The position numbers were made by a program, and so were the translations under genes. The notes under the pieces were generated by a model, which saw nothing but the letters and a program-made list of their open reading frames with translations, had not been told where the DNA came from and ran no database searches. A stretch of DNA of 64,000 nucleotides from an uncultured Armatimonadetes bacterium (GTDB lineage: Bacteria; Armatimonadota; UBA5829; DTJY01): contig OY970325.1 of assembly GCA_963717145.1 (NCBI GenBank), positions 1,056,001 through 1,120,000 of the forward strand, in the 5' to 3' direction. Below are positions 46,001-58,997 of this stretch, one piece after another. Position 1 is the first letter of the stretch; every line of letters begins with the position of its first letter.

Positions 46001-47281
46001 CTAATCCAGGTCTGAACTCTTGATCGTCTTGTCGACAATCTTAAGGAACTCGCCGTTATTCTTAGTATGCGCCAGTCTGTCGATCAACAGCTCGGTAGCC
46101 TCAGCGCTTCCGAGAGCCGCGAGCAGGCGATGGAGCTGCCAGATCCGCTTCAACGTGTCTTCGTCGTACAGCAATTCGTCATGGCGGGTGCCTGAGCGCT
46201 TGACGTCGATCGCGGGGTATATCCTCCGCTCCGCCAGACTCCTGTCGAGCACGAGTTCCGTGTTGCCGGTAGCCTTGAACTCCTCGAAGATGGCGTCGTC
46301 CATGCGGCTTCCGGTCTCGACCAGTGCGGTGGCCAGCACTGTAAGGCTTCCGCCCTCCTCGATGTTCCGCGCGGCGCCGAAGAACCTCTTCGGTCGATAG
46401 AGCGCAGATGGATCGAGTCCGCCGGAGAGCGTTCGTCCGCTCGGCGTGACAGTCAGGTTCGAGGCGCGTGCAAGCCTGGTAAGGCTATCGAGCAGAACTA
46501 CTACATCCTTGCCCGATTCCACGAGACGTTTGGCCTTGTCGAGCACCATTTCCGATACCCGCATGTGGTTCTCCGGCATTTCGTCGAACGTGGAACTGAT
46601 GACCTCGCCCTTGACCGACCGGCGGATGTCTGTGACCTCTTCCGGACGCTCGTCGATCAGTAAGACCATCAGCACGATCTCCGGATGGTTTGCCGTTACG
46701 CTGTTGGCGATCGTCTTGAGCAGGGTCGTCTTGCCGGCCTTGGGGGGCGCAACGATCAGACCGCGCTGACCCTTGCCGATCGGAGCGATCATGTCGATGA
46801 ACCGGGCGGAGATATTCTTTGCGTCGGTCTCCAGAATGATGCGCTCGTTCGGGTAGATCGGCGTCAGATCATCGAAATTGACCCTCTTCCGTGCCACCTC
46901 GGGGTCGAGCCCGTTGACGGCCTCCACACGAAGCAGACCGAAGTACTTTTCGCTGTCCTTGGGCGGGCGGACCTGCCCGGAGACCATGTCGCCGGTCTTC
47001 AGACCGAATCGCTTGATCTGAGACTGCGAGACGTAGATATCCTCGGGGTCCGGGGCAAAGTTCTTGTTGTGGCGCAGGAATCCCCAGCCGTCCGGGAGTA
47101 TCTCCAGAGTGCCCTGGCTGAATATCAAGCCACTCTGCTCGGTTTGCGCCTGGAGTATCTTGAAGACGAGTTCCTGCTTCTGCAGGTCGCCCTCATCGAT
47201 TCCTATGCCGAGTTCTTTTGCGATGTCCTGGATCTCTTCAACGCTCTTGGTTTCGAGATCTACTAGCTCTAGTGCCTCCAT
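46001..47281 (-). CDS. rho: Transcription termination factor Rho
   Basis: DGWGFLR, DIYVSQSQI, GKGQRGLIVAPPKAGKT, LIDERPEEVT. Confidence 0.98.
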   Translation of the reverse strand: MEALELVDLETKSVEEIQDIAKELGIGIDEGDLQKQELVFKILQAQTEQSGLIFSQGTLEILPDGWGFLRHNKNFAPDPEDIYVSQSQIKRFGLKTGDMVSGQVRPPKDSEKYFGLLRVEAVNGLDPEVARKRVNFDDLTPIYPNERIILETDAKNISARFIDMIAPIGKGQRGLIVAPPKAGKTTLLKTIANSVTANHPEIVLMVLLIDERPEEVTDIRRSVKGEVISSTFDEMPENHMRVSEMVLDKAKRLVESGKDVVVLLDSLTRLARASNLTVTPSGRTLSGGLDPSALYRPKRFFGAARNIEEGGSLTVLATALVETGSRMDDAIFEEFKATGNTELVLDRSLAERRIYPAIDVKRSGTRHDELLYDEDTLKRIWQLHRLLAALGSAEATELLIDRLAHTKNNGEFLKIVDKTIKSSDLD

Positions 47282-47463
47282 ATGGGCCACACCTCGTTTG
47301 TTAGAAGATTATGAGCGGCACCACATGTGCCGGAAGAGTGAGTTCTGAGAATGAACGAACGTCAGCCTGAGAAACCTGAATGGGAACGGCTGCTGTCTTG
47401 AGGTAAAAACGATACCCGGCGGCAACTTGCCGCCAAAATGGGGAAGGTTCTCTTTCCACCGTA

Positions 47464-47493
47464 ATCATACCATATCTCACAGCTTCTTGTCTA
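47464..47493 (-). promoter_or_regulatory. Putative sigma70 promoter of rho
   Basis: Minus strand TAGACA-N18-TATGAT with TG extension. Confidence 0.6.
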
Positions 47494-47532
47494 CGCAATT
47501 CATCGCGATGTTTTCAAAAAGCTGCGCATGGC

Positions 47533-48075
47533 CTAACCGCTTTCCTCCCTCAACACGCCGACAAACGGCAGATTTCGGTAGAAGCCCTCATAGTCGAGGC
47601 CGTAACCGATCACAAACTTGTCAGGGATCACAAAGCCAACATAGTCCGCGCTGATATCAGTCTCGCGCCGGCTGGGTTTGTCCAGCAGCGTGCAGATCCT
47701 GACGCTGGCAGCCTTGCGCCTCACGAGATTGTCCGTCAGATAGCTGAGTTTCAGCGTCAGCCCGGTGTCGATGATATCCTCGACGATGAGAACATGCTTG
47801 CCCTCTACGCTCTCATCCAAGTCCTTGATGATGCGTACCTCACCCGATGTCCGGGTGGACTTGCCATAGCTCGAGATGGCCACGAAATCGATCTCGACCG
47901 GGATGGAGATCGCTCGAATCAGGTCCGCCATGAAGACGAAGGCGCCCTTCAGAATACCGACCAGCACGAGGCTCTCTCCCGCATAGTCGGCTGATATCTG
48001 TCTGCCAAGCTCTGAAACGCGGGCTGACAACTGCTCGGGGGTGAACAACGTCTCCGACACACGGTCCTCGCACAT
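47533..48075 (-). CDS. hpt: Hypoxanthine phosphoribosyltransferase
   Basis: ILKGAFVFMADL, VLIVEDIIDTGLTL, LLDKP, FVIGYGLD. Confidence 0.96.
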   Translation of the reverse strand: MCEDRVSETLFTPEQLSARVSELGRQISADYAGESLVLVGILKGAFVFMADLIRAISIPVEIDFVAISSYGKSTRTSGEVRIIKDLDESVEGKHVLIVEDIIDTGLTLKLSYLTDNLVRRKAASVRICTLLDKPSRRETDISADYVGFVIPDKFVIGYGLDYEGFYRNLPFVGVLREESG

Positions 48076-48080
48076 CAGGG

Positions 48081-49628
48081 CTACTCCCATTCGATGGTGG
48101 ACGGGGGCTTCGAGCTTACGTCATACAGCAAGCGGTTTACCCCTTTTACCTCATTGATAACCCGATTGCTGATCCGTTCCAACAATTCGTAGGGAAGCCG
48201 CGCCCAATCCGCCGTCATCGCATCCTCACTCGTGACGGCGCGCAGCACGATGGGATACGAATATGTGCGCTGATCGCCCATCACCCCGACGCTGCGAACG
48301 CACGGAAGGACCGCGAAGACCTGCCACAGCTTGCGATAGAGGCCGGCGTTCTTGATCTCCTCGATGATGATCGCATCCGCCTCACGCAGGATGTCGAGCC
48401 GCTCCTTGTTCACGTCACCGATGATGCGTATGCCCAGTCCCGGCCCGGGGAAAGGATGTCGCCAGGTGATCTCCTCAGGAAGGCCCAGCTCGTCCCCCAC
48501 CCTTCGCACTTCATCCTTGAACAGATTCCTCAGGGGCTCGACCAGGTGAAACTCCATGTCATCAGGCAATCCACCGACGTTGTGGTGCGTCTTGATCATC
48601 GCGGCGGTCTTGGTGCCACTCTCGATCACGTCCGGATAGAGCGTGCCCTGTGCCAGGTACTGCACCTCGCCGAGCTTGCAGGCCTCTTCCTCGAAGACAC
48701 GGACGAACTCCTCGCCGATGACCTTGCGCTTCTGCTCAGGCTCGGTCACACCCGAGAGCTTCGAGAGGAACCGCTCCTCGGCATCGACATAGACAAGCTT
48801 GATGTTGAACGCTCCGGCGAACGTCGCGCGGACCTTCTCCGATTCACCCTTGCGCAGCAGGCCGTGGTTGACGAAGATGCAAGTCAATTGCTCACCAATT
48901 GCGCGATGCACCAGGGCGGCAACCACCGAGGAATCCACACCGCCGCTGAGTCCGCAGACGACCTGACCGTCCTTCACCTGCGCCCTTACGGCCGCAGTCG
49001 CGTCCTCGATGAATGAAGACATAGTCCACAGTCCCTGGCAACCGCACGGGCCGTAGAGGAAATTGCGGAGAATCTCAGTCCCTCTCGGCGTATGAGCGAC
49101 CTCAGGATGGAACTGCACGGCGTAGAGCTTCCGCTCGGGGTTCGACATCGAGGCAACCGGTGTATTGCCGCTGCGGGCGAGCACCTTGAATCCGGGCGGT
49201 GGCTCTCGGACGGCGTCTCCGTGGCTCATCCAGCACACGAGGCTGCGCTCCAGGCCCTTGAACAGGTCGCCGTCATCGAGCACATCCAGATCGGTCTTGC
49301 CGTACTCGCGCTTCTCGCCCGGCACGACCTTTCCGCCGAGCATATGGCCCATGAGCTGCATGCCGTAGCATATCCCGAGGATAGGGATGCCGAGGTCGAA
49401 GATCCCCGGATCGCACGACGGCGCACCCGGTTCGTAGACGCTCGAAGGGCCGCCCGAGAAGACAATCCCCTTGGGACTCAGCGCCTTCAACTCCTCTGCG
49501 GGAGTGTCGAAAGGCATGATCTCGGAGTAGACCCGGCACTCACGAATACGCCTGGCGATGAGTTGGCTATACTGAGCGCCGAAATCGAGAACGACAACGA
49601 GTTCCTGTTGTTGGATCGGATTGGTCAT
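48081..49628 (-). CDS. guaA: GMP synthase (glutamine-hydrolysing)
   Basis: [51 protein letters not shown]. Confidence 0.98.
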   Translation of the reverse strand: MTNPIQQQELVVVLDFGAQYSQLIARRIRECRVYSEIMPFDTPAEELKALSPKGIVFSGGPSSVYEPGAPSCDPGIFDLGIPILGICYGMQLMGHMLGGKVVPGEKREYGKTDLDVLDDGDLFKGLERSLVCWMSHGDAVREPPPGFKVLARSGNTPVASMSNPERKLYAVQFHPEVAHTPRGTEILRNFLYGPCGCQGLWTMSSFIEDATAAVRAQVKDGQVVCGLSGGVDSSVVAALVHRAIGEQLTCIFVNHGLLRKGESEKVRATFAGAFNIKLVYVDAEERFLSKLSGVTEPEQKRKVIGEEFVRVFEEEACKLGEVQYLAQGTLYPDVIESGTKTAAMIKTHHNVGGLPDDMEFHLVEPLRNLFKDEVRRVGDELGLPEEITWRHPFPGPGLGIRIIGDVNKERLDILREADAIIIEEIKNAGLYRKLWQVFAVLPCVRSVGVMGDQRTYSYPIVLRAVTSEDAMTADWARLPYELLERISNRVINEVKGVNRLLYDVSSKPPSTIEWE

Positions 49629-49687
49629 ATGAGAAAAAGGGAGATGCAGTCAATGCGTAACTTAGTGACCGCGGAGCGTGCAGCGTT

Positions 49688-49716
49688 ATTCTAGCAGAGC
49701 AATCCGGCCCTGTCAA
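49688..49716 (-). promoter_or_regulatory. sigma70 promoter of guaA
   Basis: Minus strand TTGACA-N17-TAGAAT with TG extension. Confidence 0.8.
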
Positions 49717-49800
49717 GGGATTGTGTATTGCGCGGGACTTTTCTTGGCCCTATTGTCTCAGCCTCGATGGGGATGGATTCCACATCCATCCCCATCGAGA

Positions 49801-49877
49801 AGTCACGTAGTGGCCGTGCCTCTGTGCCGGCCATGCAACGTAACTGGCCGGCACAGAGGCACGGCCACTACGTGACT
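49801..49877. repeat. GTAG-type REP doublet
   Basis: agtcacgtagtggccgtgcctctgtgccggcca ... tggccggcacagaggcacggccactacgtgact. Confidence 0.9.
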
Positions 49878-49885
49878 CTATATCA

Positions 49886-51833
<1,948 letters not shown>

Positions 51834-51864
51834 AACGTGAACACCTCCATTCAGAATTCGGTTC

Positions 51865-51891
51865 TTAGCACTCCGACCAGCCGAGTGCTAA
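51865..51891. promoter_or_regulatory. CIRCE element (HrcA operator)
   Basis: Perfect TTAGCACTC-N9-GAGTGCTAA upstream of groES; minus-strand promoter TTGCAC-N18-TATCAT at 51926-51897. Confidence 0.97.
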
Positions 51892-51931
51892 ACCGTATGA
51901 TAGCACGATCCTATGATGCTGTGCAACCCTT

Positions 51932-52019
51932 GGCGTGGACCGTAGGGGCGATCCTTCAACGGTCGCCCGGTTGCACATCCGCGGGCGACCGTTGAAGGAT
52001 CGCCCCTACGGTCCACGCC
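51932..52019. repeat. GTAG-type REP doublet
   Basis: ggcgtggaccgtaggggcgatccttcaacggtcgcccg ... cgggcgaccgttgaaggatcgcccctacggtccacgcc. Confidence 0.9.
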
Positions 52020-52024
52020 GAAGA

Positions 52025-52852
52025 TCAGGGCTTGAGCTTCAAAATCCCAGGGTCGAGATCCGGATCGACCGGTGGCGGCGCGCCGAGCATCTGGGCAAAC
52101 ATCTGGGCGTTCTGCGCGGCCTTGCCCTGGTAGTGGTTATTGAAGAAGAGATACGCCTCCTTCGCCTTCGATGCGAGCCGCTTCACCTTCGGCTCCCACT
52201 CCTCCAGCTCGTCCCGGGAGTAGAGGTAATCGTACCGCTGCCACGCCGCCTCGTGCTCGAACCATTTCTCCGCATTCCGCCCATGGAACCGGACATAGGC
52301 GAGGTCGGACGTAGCCATCGCCACGCTCGGCATCAGTCCACGCAATCTCGGCTCGTCTACACAACAATACCCGATTCCCAGATCTTTGAGCAGGGCGAAT
52401 GTCTCCTCCGAGGCCCACGAGTAGTTCCGGAACTCGACCACGAGTGGAATATCGCCGAACTCACCCCGGAGTTGGCGCACTCTGGACGCGTTCGTCTCGG
52501 TCCTCTTGAAGCTCCAGGGATACTGCGCCAACAGGCACCCCAGCTTGCGAGCGTCGATCAATGGCTGCACTGACTCCACGAACTGCCGGCACACCGAAAG
52601 GTCCACGTCGGGAGCGTGTGTGATGTCTTTGTTCGCCTTCACCGAGAACCGGAAGCCATCCGGCGTCTTCTGGGCCATGCGCTCGAAGGTCGAGGGCGGC
52701 GGGATACCGTAGTACGATGAGTTGATCTCCACCGCCCGGAATTTCCTGGCGTAGTACGCCAGCATGTCGGCCTTCTTCATATCGTTCGGGTAGAAGAAGC
52801 CGCGCCAGTCGTCGTAACTGAAGCCGGATGTCCCGATCAGTATGTCACCCAT
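52025..52852 (-). CDS. DUF72 domain protein
   Basis: IGTSGFSYDDWRGFFYP, VEINSSYY, VEFRN.SW, YVRFHGRN, YDYLYS, FFNNH. Confidence 0.93.
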   Translation of the reverse strand: MGDILIGTSGFSYDDWRGFFYPNDMKKADMLAYYARKFRAVEINSSYYGIPPPSTFERMAQKTPDGFRFSVKANKDITHAPDVDLSVCRQFVESVQPLIDARKLGCLLAQYPWSFKRTETNASRVRQLRGEFGDIPLVVEFRNYSWASEETFALLKDLGIGYCCVDEPRLRGLMPSVAMATSDLAYVRFHGRNAEKWFEHEAAWQRYDYLYSRDELEEWEPKVKRLASKAKEAYLFFNNHYQGKAAQNAQMFAQMLGAPPPVDPDLDPGILKLKP

Positions 52853-52866
52853 CAGATGTGTGCTCG

Positions 52867-53664
52867 TCAGGCCGCCCGGATTATACCCATGAAATCGGCG
52901 ACCTTCAAACTCGCCCCACCGACGAGCGCGCCATCGATGTCCGGCTGGCTGAGCAGGTCCTCCGCGTTGTCGGGCTTGACACTGCCGCCGTACTGGACTC
53001 TCAACTTCTCCGCGGGTGCATGGCCGAACATCGAGCGCACGACCCCGCGGATCATGCCGCATACGCGCTGGGCCTCGGGGGTATCGCACACCTCGCCCGT
53101 ACCGATCGCCCACACCGGCTCATATGCGATGACCATGCCGGCCGCCTGCTCGGCGGTGAGTCCCTTCAGGCCCTTTTCGACCTGACTGCGGATCACGTCA
53201 TCGGTCTTCCCTGCCTTGCGCTCGTCGAGGGTTTCACCACAGCACATGATCGGCTTCAGACCAGCCGCGAGTGCGGCGAGGGTCTTGATGTTGACGCTCT
53301 CATCGGTCTCGCCGAAGTGCTTGAGGAGCGTGTCGGTCGTGCCCTCCTCGACCTTGCCGAACCGTCCACGGGTCTCCGAGTGGCCGATGATCGCGTAGGT
53401 GCAGCCGGCATCCAGCAACATCCCGCACGATATCTGGCTGGTGTACGCGCCGTGGTCCTTCCAGAACACATCCTGAGCGCCGACGCCGGCCCGAGAGCCC
53501 ATGAGCGTCCGTGCGACCTCGTAGATCGCGGTGTACGGCGGGCAGACGATGATCTCGGCCTTCTCGACGGAAGCAGCCTCGGTCCGAAGGTTCTCGACGA
53601 AATCGACGGCCTCACCGACGGTCTTGTTCATCTTCCAGTTGCCGGCAATCAGAGGTTTACGCAT
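52867..53664 (-). CDS. tpiA: Triosephosphate isomerase
   Basis: AGNWKMN, IGHSE, AYEPVWAIGTG, YGGSVKP, LVGGASL. Confidence 0.98.
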   Translation of the reverse strand: MRKPLIAGNWKMNKTVGEAVDFVENLRTEAASVEKAEIIVCPPYTAIYEVARTLMGSRAGVGAQDVFWKDHGAYTSQISCGMLLDAGCTYAIIGHSETRGRFGKVEEGTTDTLLKHFGETDESVNIKTLAALAAGLKPIMCCGETLDERKAGKTDDVIRSQVEKGLKGLTAEQAAGMVIAYEPVWAIGTGEVCDTPEAQRVCGMIRGVVRSMFGHAPAEKLRVQYGGSVKPDNAEDLLSQPDIDGALVGGASLKVADFMGIIRAA

Positions 53665-53681
53665 AATTCAGATATCCTTTC

Positions 53682-54865
53682 CTACTTATCATTGAGGGCC
53701 ACGACGCCGGGAAGCGCCTTACCCTCGAGGAATTCGAGCGACGCGCCGCCTCCCGTGGAGACGTGGCACATCTTGTCCGCGAAGCCCATCTGCTCGACGG
53801 CCGCAGCAGAGTCGCCGCCGCCGACGATCGTTGTGGCCTTCGACTCAGCCATCGCCTGCGCGACAGCGTACGTGCCCTTCGCGAACGGCTCCATCTCGAA
53901 GACGCCCATCGGGCCGTTCCACACGACCGTGCCGGCGTCCACGATATACTTGCGGAACTTTTCGATCGTCTCGGGGCCGATGTCGAGCCCCATCCAGTCG
54001 CCTGGAATACCGCACGACGGAACGAACTCCGTCTCAGCATCGGGCGACAACTCCGTGGCGACCAGAACGTCCTCGGGCAGCTCGAACTTGATGCCCTTGG
54101 TCTTTGCCTTCTGCATCAGTTCCTTGGTCAGTTCGAGATTACTCTCGTCGAGGAGCGACTTCCCGATCTCGCATCCGAGCGCCTTGAGGAAGGTGTAGGC
54201 CATTCCGCCGCCGATCAGCAGGACGTCGACTTTGTCGATCAGATTGTCGATCACCGGAATCTTGTCCTTCACCTTCGCGCCGCCCAGGATCGCGACGAAG
54301 GGCCGCTCCGGATTGGTGACCGCCTTGCCGAGGTAGTCGATCTCTTTCTGCATCAGGAAACCGGCAACCGCAACGGGGAGCAGGTGGGCGACGCCCTCAG
54401 TGGACGCATGAGCCCTGTGCGCGGTGCCGAACGCGTCGTTGACGTAGATGTCGGCAAGTGACGCGAGCTTCCTGGCGAAGTCCGGGTCGTTCGTCTCCTC
54501 CTCCTTGTAGAATCTGATGTTCTCGAGGAGTATCACATCTCCGGGCTGCACCTGATTGACGGCGGCTTCGACATCCGGCCCAATCGAATCGTCCAGCTTC
54601 TTGACCGGCTTGCCGAGGAGTTCCGACAGCCGCTTGGCGACCGGATCGAGCCTGAGTTCTCGCTCGGACCCTTGGGCCGGCCCAGGTGGGAAGTCAGGAT
54701 GACCTTGGCGCCGTGATCGATCAGGTACTGGATCGTGGGCAGGGCCGCCTTGATGCGGGTATCGTCGGTGATGCTGCGGTTCTCATCGAGGGGTACGTTG
54801 AAGTCGACGCGCACGAGTACGCGCTTGCCTTTGACATCGATGTCGGTGACGCTCTTCTTTTGCAT
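53682..54865 (-). CDS. pgk: Phosphoglycerate kinase, apparent 1-nt deletion near 54658 (probably a consensus error)
   Basis: RVDFNVP and SHLGRPKG in ORF 54865; [20 protein letters not shown] and [13 protein letters not shown] in ORF ending 53682. Confidence 0.93.
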
Positions 54866-54943
54866 AGGTATAATCCCCTTTCGACGGACTGAAGGGCCAG
54901 AGATCCCACAAGTGCAGTCTCCCTGGCCCTCATTTCACGGTGA

Positions 54944-55071
54944 TCCGTAGGGGCGGGCTTCCACGCCCGCCCGATTCCGTAGGGGCGGGCTTCCACGCCC
55001 GCCCGATTCCGTAGGGGCCGCGCCTCCGTGCCGGCCAGCTCAGGGAGGCCGTTGAAGGCCTCCCCTACGGA
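54944..55071. repeat. Cluster of four GTAG REPs (two exact 32-bp tandem copies plus two different arms)
   Basis: tccgtaggggcgggcttccacgcccgcccgat x2, tccgtaggggccgcgcctccgtgccggcc, and inverted gggaggccgttgaaggcctcccctacgga. Confidence 0.88.
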
Positions 55072-55078
55072 AGAGCGA

Positions 55079-56188
<1,110 letters not shown>

Positions 56189-56215
56189 GTATCTGCGGGT
56201 ATGAAGCCAAACGTT

Positions 56216-56245
56216 ATTGTATCGGCAGGCCTGCTTGCGTGTCAA
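56216..56245 (-). promoter_or_regulatory. sigma70 promoter of gap-pgk-tpiA
   Basis: Minus strand TTGACA-N18-TACAAT. Confidence 0.75.
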
Positions 56246-56254
56246 GGGGCGGTA

Positions 56255-57595
56255 TCAGGGGAAGAATGATTTCTCGGACACCAAGCGTAATATCGCCTGC
56301 GCCAACTTCTGCGGGTCGTGACGTACCACGTCCGTCTGGCTGATGAAGTTCCCCGTGATCGGCTTATACCCCATTTCGCGAATGACATCCACATCCGGGG
56401 AGACAAGCTGCGCGTGTTTGGCCTGGTATTTTTCGAGGAGGCGAAGTGACGGCACTTCGCGGTTGACGAGGACGTAATCGAAGATGCGTCGACCGGCATG
56501 ACGAACGACCGATTTGACGTGATCCGACGCCATGAAGTCGTCGGTCTCACCGGGCTGGGTCATGACGTTGCACACATAGACTTTGACCGCCTTGGATGAC
56601 GCAATGGCATCAGAGATCCCGCGCACCAGCAGGTTCGGAACGACGCTTGTGTAGACGCTTCCCGGGCCGATCACGATCGCATGGGCGAGGCGGATTGCCT
56701 CCAGCGATTCCTCCAGCGGTCGCACGTCCTCCGGAACGAGCGAAATCTGCCTGATCCCCTTCCCTGCCCCGACTATTTCAGACTCCCCGTAGAGAACTGA
56801 GCCATCGTTCATCTCGGCGCGGAGGCTGATGTTCTGGAGCGTGGACGGGAGCACAGTTCCGCGGATGGCGAGAACCTTGCTGGTCTCCTTCACGGCCCTC
56901 TCGAAGTCGCCGGTGATGTCGGTCATCGCGGCGATCAGGAGATTCCCGAACGAGTGGCCGCTGAAGCAGTTGTCCTCCGTCTCGAAGCGGTATTGGAACA
57001 ACTCGGAGAGCAGAGGTTCTGCATCTGCCAAGGCCACAAGGCAGTTGCGGATGTCACCCGGCGGGAGCATGCCCATCTGAGTCTTGAGAGTGCCGCTGCT
57101 CCCTCCGTCATCGCTGACCGTGACGATGGCTACGATGTTGCTCGTGTGCTCCTTCAGGCCTCTGATCATGGTCGAGAGGCCGGTCCCTCCTCCGATAATC
57201 ACGATCCTGTGCCCTTGAGCGAGGTAACGCCGTTTGTAGATGACGTCGGCCAGGTGCTCCTTATCCTCTGGGCTGATGACGCTGGCGATCGATCCGATGA
57301 CCTGCCGGAAGCTGATGAAGATGAGGACGAGACCTATCCCGATCGCGACGATAGACATCGGCACGTGGACATTCGGCTCAGTCAGATTCAGCCCCGTGCG
57401 CCTGAACAACTCCCGCGCGCCGATGTCCAGGTAGTCCACGACCTGCATGTTGGTCAGGAGGATCACGCCGACCACGACGAAGAAGAGCCCGATCGGCGTA
57501 AGGAGCAGCCATCTCTTGACCCTCATGCCGGGATACAGCCACTTCAGCAGACTCTTGAGGCGCCTGGTAGTTGCCATACTACGTCTTCCCGACAT
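56255..57595 (-). CDS. YvcK/GlmR family (gluconeogenesis factor, CofD-like) with N-terminal TM segments
   Basis: IGGGTGLS, DDGGSSG, PPGDIRNC, GHSFGNL, GPGSVYTS, NVMTQPGET, RHDP. Confidence 0.93.
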   Translation of the reverse strand: MSGRRSMATTRRLKSLLKWLYPGMRVKRWLLLTPIGLFFVVVGVILLTNMQVVDYLDIGARELFRRTGLNLTEPNVHVPMSIVAIGIGLVLIFISFRQVIGSIASVISPEDKEHLADVIYKRRYLAQGHRIVIIGGGTGLSTMIRGLKEHTSNIVAIVTVSDDGGSSGTLKTQMGMLPPGDIRNCLVALADAEPLLSELFQYRFETEDNCFSGHSFGNLLIAAMTDITGDFERAVKETSKVLAIRGTVLPSTLQNISLRAEMNDGSVLYGESEIVGAGKGIRQISLVPEDVRPLEESLEAIRLAHAIVIGPGSVYTSVVPNLLVRGISDAIASSKAVKVYVCNVMTQPGETDDFMASDHVKSVVRHAGRRIFDYVLVNREVPSLRLLEKYQAKHAQLVSPDVDVIREMGYKPITGNFISQTDVVRHDPQKLAQAILRLVSEKSFFP

Positions 57596-58442
57596 CCCTG
57601 TGCTCGACGATCGTGCGATAGCCTTTCGACTTCAGGAATACCGCCAGTTCGTTCGCGATGGTGACGGAGCGGTGACGCCCGCCGGTGCAACCGATCGCGA
57701 TGTTCAGGTACGCCTTGCCCTCGGTCTCGTACTGCGGGAGAGAGAACCCTATGAGATCGAGCAGTTTGTCCATGAACTCCCCGGTGCGTTTGTCGCTCAT
57801 GACGTATTCCTGGACCGGCTGGTCGCGCCCATCATAGAGCTTCAACTCCGGCACGTAGTGGGGATTGATCAAGAAGCGCACATCGAACACCAGGTCGGCG
57901 TCCAGGGGCACTCCCCATTTGAACCCGAAGGAGGTGACGGTGATGATCATGCCGGTATTGATGGCGTCGGTACCGAAGTAGCTGACGATATCGGACTTGA
58001 GGCGGCTTGGTTCGATGTCGGACGTGTCGATGATCTTGTCGGCCAGTTCCTTCAGATCCACGAGCTTCTGTCGCTCGGTCGAGATACTCTCGAGGATACC
58101 GTGGTTCTGATCGAAGAGTGGATGCCGGCGTCGAGTCTCCTTGAAGCGCTGAACGAGCACCTCGTCCGTGGCGTCCAGGAAGAGTATCCGCGCCTGCTTG
58201 TAGCCATTCGAGAGCGTGGAGAACGTGCGGACAAGCTCGTCGAGCGGCTGGCCCGAACGTACATCGACGACCACGGCGATATTCTCCGCGGGGCACGTCT
58301 CCAGGTCCTGGCACAACTCCCGAAGATTCGGCAGCAGGCTCGGAGGCAGGTTATCCACGCAGAAATAACCCATGTCCTCGAACGCTCTGATTGCCAGAGT
58401 CTTCCCGGCCCCGGACATTCCTGTTACGATGACCAGATTCAT
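57579..58442 (-). CDS. rapZ: RNase adapter RapZ (YvcJ)
   Basis: VTGMSGAGKT, CVDNLP, ETRRRHP, SFGFK.G, FDVRFL.NP, GCTGGRHRS. Confidence 0.96.
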   Translation of the reverse strand: MNLVIVTGMSGAGKTLAIRAFEDMGYFCVDNLPPSLLPNLRELCQDLETCPAENIAVVVDVRSGQPLDELVRTFSTLSNGYKQARILFLDATDEVLVQRFKETRRRHPLFDQNHGILESISTERQKLVDLKELADKIIDTSDIEPSRLKSDIVSYFGTDAINTGMIITVTSFGFKWGVPLDADLVFDVRFLINPHYVPELKLYDGRDQPVQEYVMSDKRTGEFMDKLLDLIGFSLPQYETEGKAYLNIAIGCTGGRHRSVTIANELAVFLKSKGYRTIVEHRDVGKT

Positions 58443-58452
58443 ATTCTACAAC

Positions 58453-58485
58453 CAAACTCGAAATTCGAAGCACGAAATTCGAAAT
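58453..58485. repeat. Heptamer tandem repeat (NNYCGAA)n
   Basis: aaactcgaa-attcgaa-gcacgaa-attcgaa-a. Confidence 0.65.
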
Positions 58486-58535
58486 CAGGTGTTCTGGAGT
58501 TGAACTCCGGAACACCGCATTTCAACCCTCGTGCT

Positions 58536-58901
58536 TTACTTCTCTTTCGGTGCAATCAGATGGTTTGCCAGACCCGAGATGATGCCCATCACGATGGAGC
58601 CGAATATCGCCGCCAGAAACCCGTGTACCTCGAAGCCGGGTATCCCAATCGCGCCGACCAGCCAAAACATCAGAGCATTGATCAGAAATGTGAACAGCCC
58701 GAGTGTGAGGCAGTTCAGCGGGAGCGTGAATAGCAGAATCAGCGGTCGGATGAATGCGTTCACGATCGCCAGAGCGGCCACCGCGAGCAGTGCCCCCGGC
58801 GCGCCCTCAACAACGATTCCCAACTTCAGCGCATTCCCCAGCAGTGCGGTGAGGTAGAGCGCGATCGCACTGACAACCCACCGGATCAGGATACCTTTCA
58901 T
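58536..58901 (-). CDS. Four-TM membrane protein (YvlD / phage_holin_4_2 family)
   Basis: NAFIRPLILLFTLPLNCLTLGLFTFLINALM; SD AAGGAG. Confidence 0.88.
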   Translation of the reverse strand: MKGILIRWVVSAIALYLTALLGNALKLGIVVEGAPGALLAVAALAIVNAFIRPLILLFTLPLNCLTLGLFTFLINALMFWLVGAIGIPGFEVHGFLAAIFGSIVMGIISGLANHLIAPKEK

Positions 58902-58913
58902 GTCCACTCCTTC

Positions 58914-58997
58914 GGGAATGGGAGATGGTTGATGGTTCATGGTTGATGAGGAGCCGGTCCGCCACTAACCATGAACCATCAGCCATCAACCATTCCC
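58914..58997. repeat. Inverted heptamer-tandem hairpin (ATGGTTS)n / (AACCATS)n
   Basis: gggaatgggagatggttgatggttcatggttga ... taaccatgaaccatcagccatcaaccattccc. Confidence 0.85.

Noticed and set aside
53657-54865. Programmed frameshift giving a PGK-TPI fusion as in Thermotoga
   Set aside because: The break is in the 5' part of pgk, not at the pgk-tpiA junction; tpiA has its own SD and ATG, and no slippery run is evident.
54944-55020. 32-bp direct repeats as a CRISPR array
   Set aside because: Copies are head-to-tail with no spacers, begin with the GTAG REP head, and no cas genes are present.
58536-58901. Holin as a sign of a prophage
   Set aside because: This membrane family commonly sits beside rapZ/yvcK in chromosomes; no phage genes are nearby.
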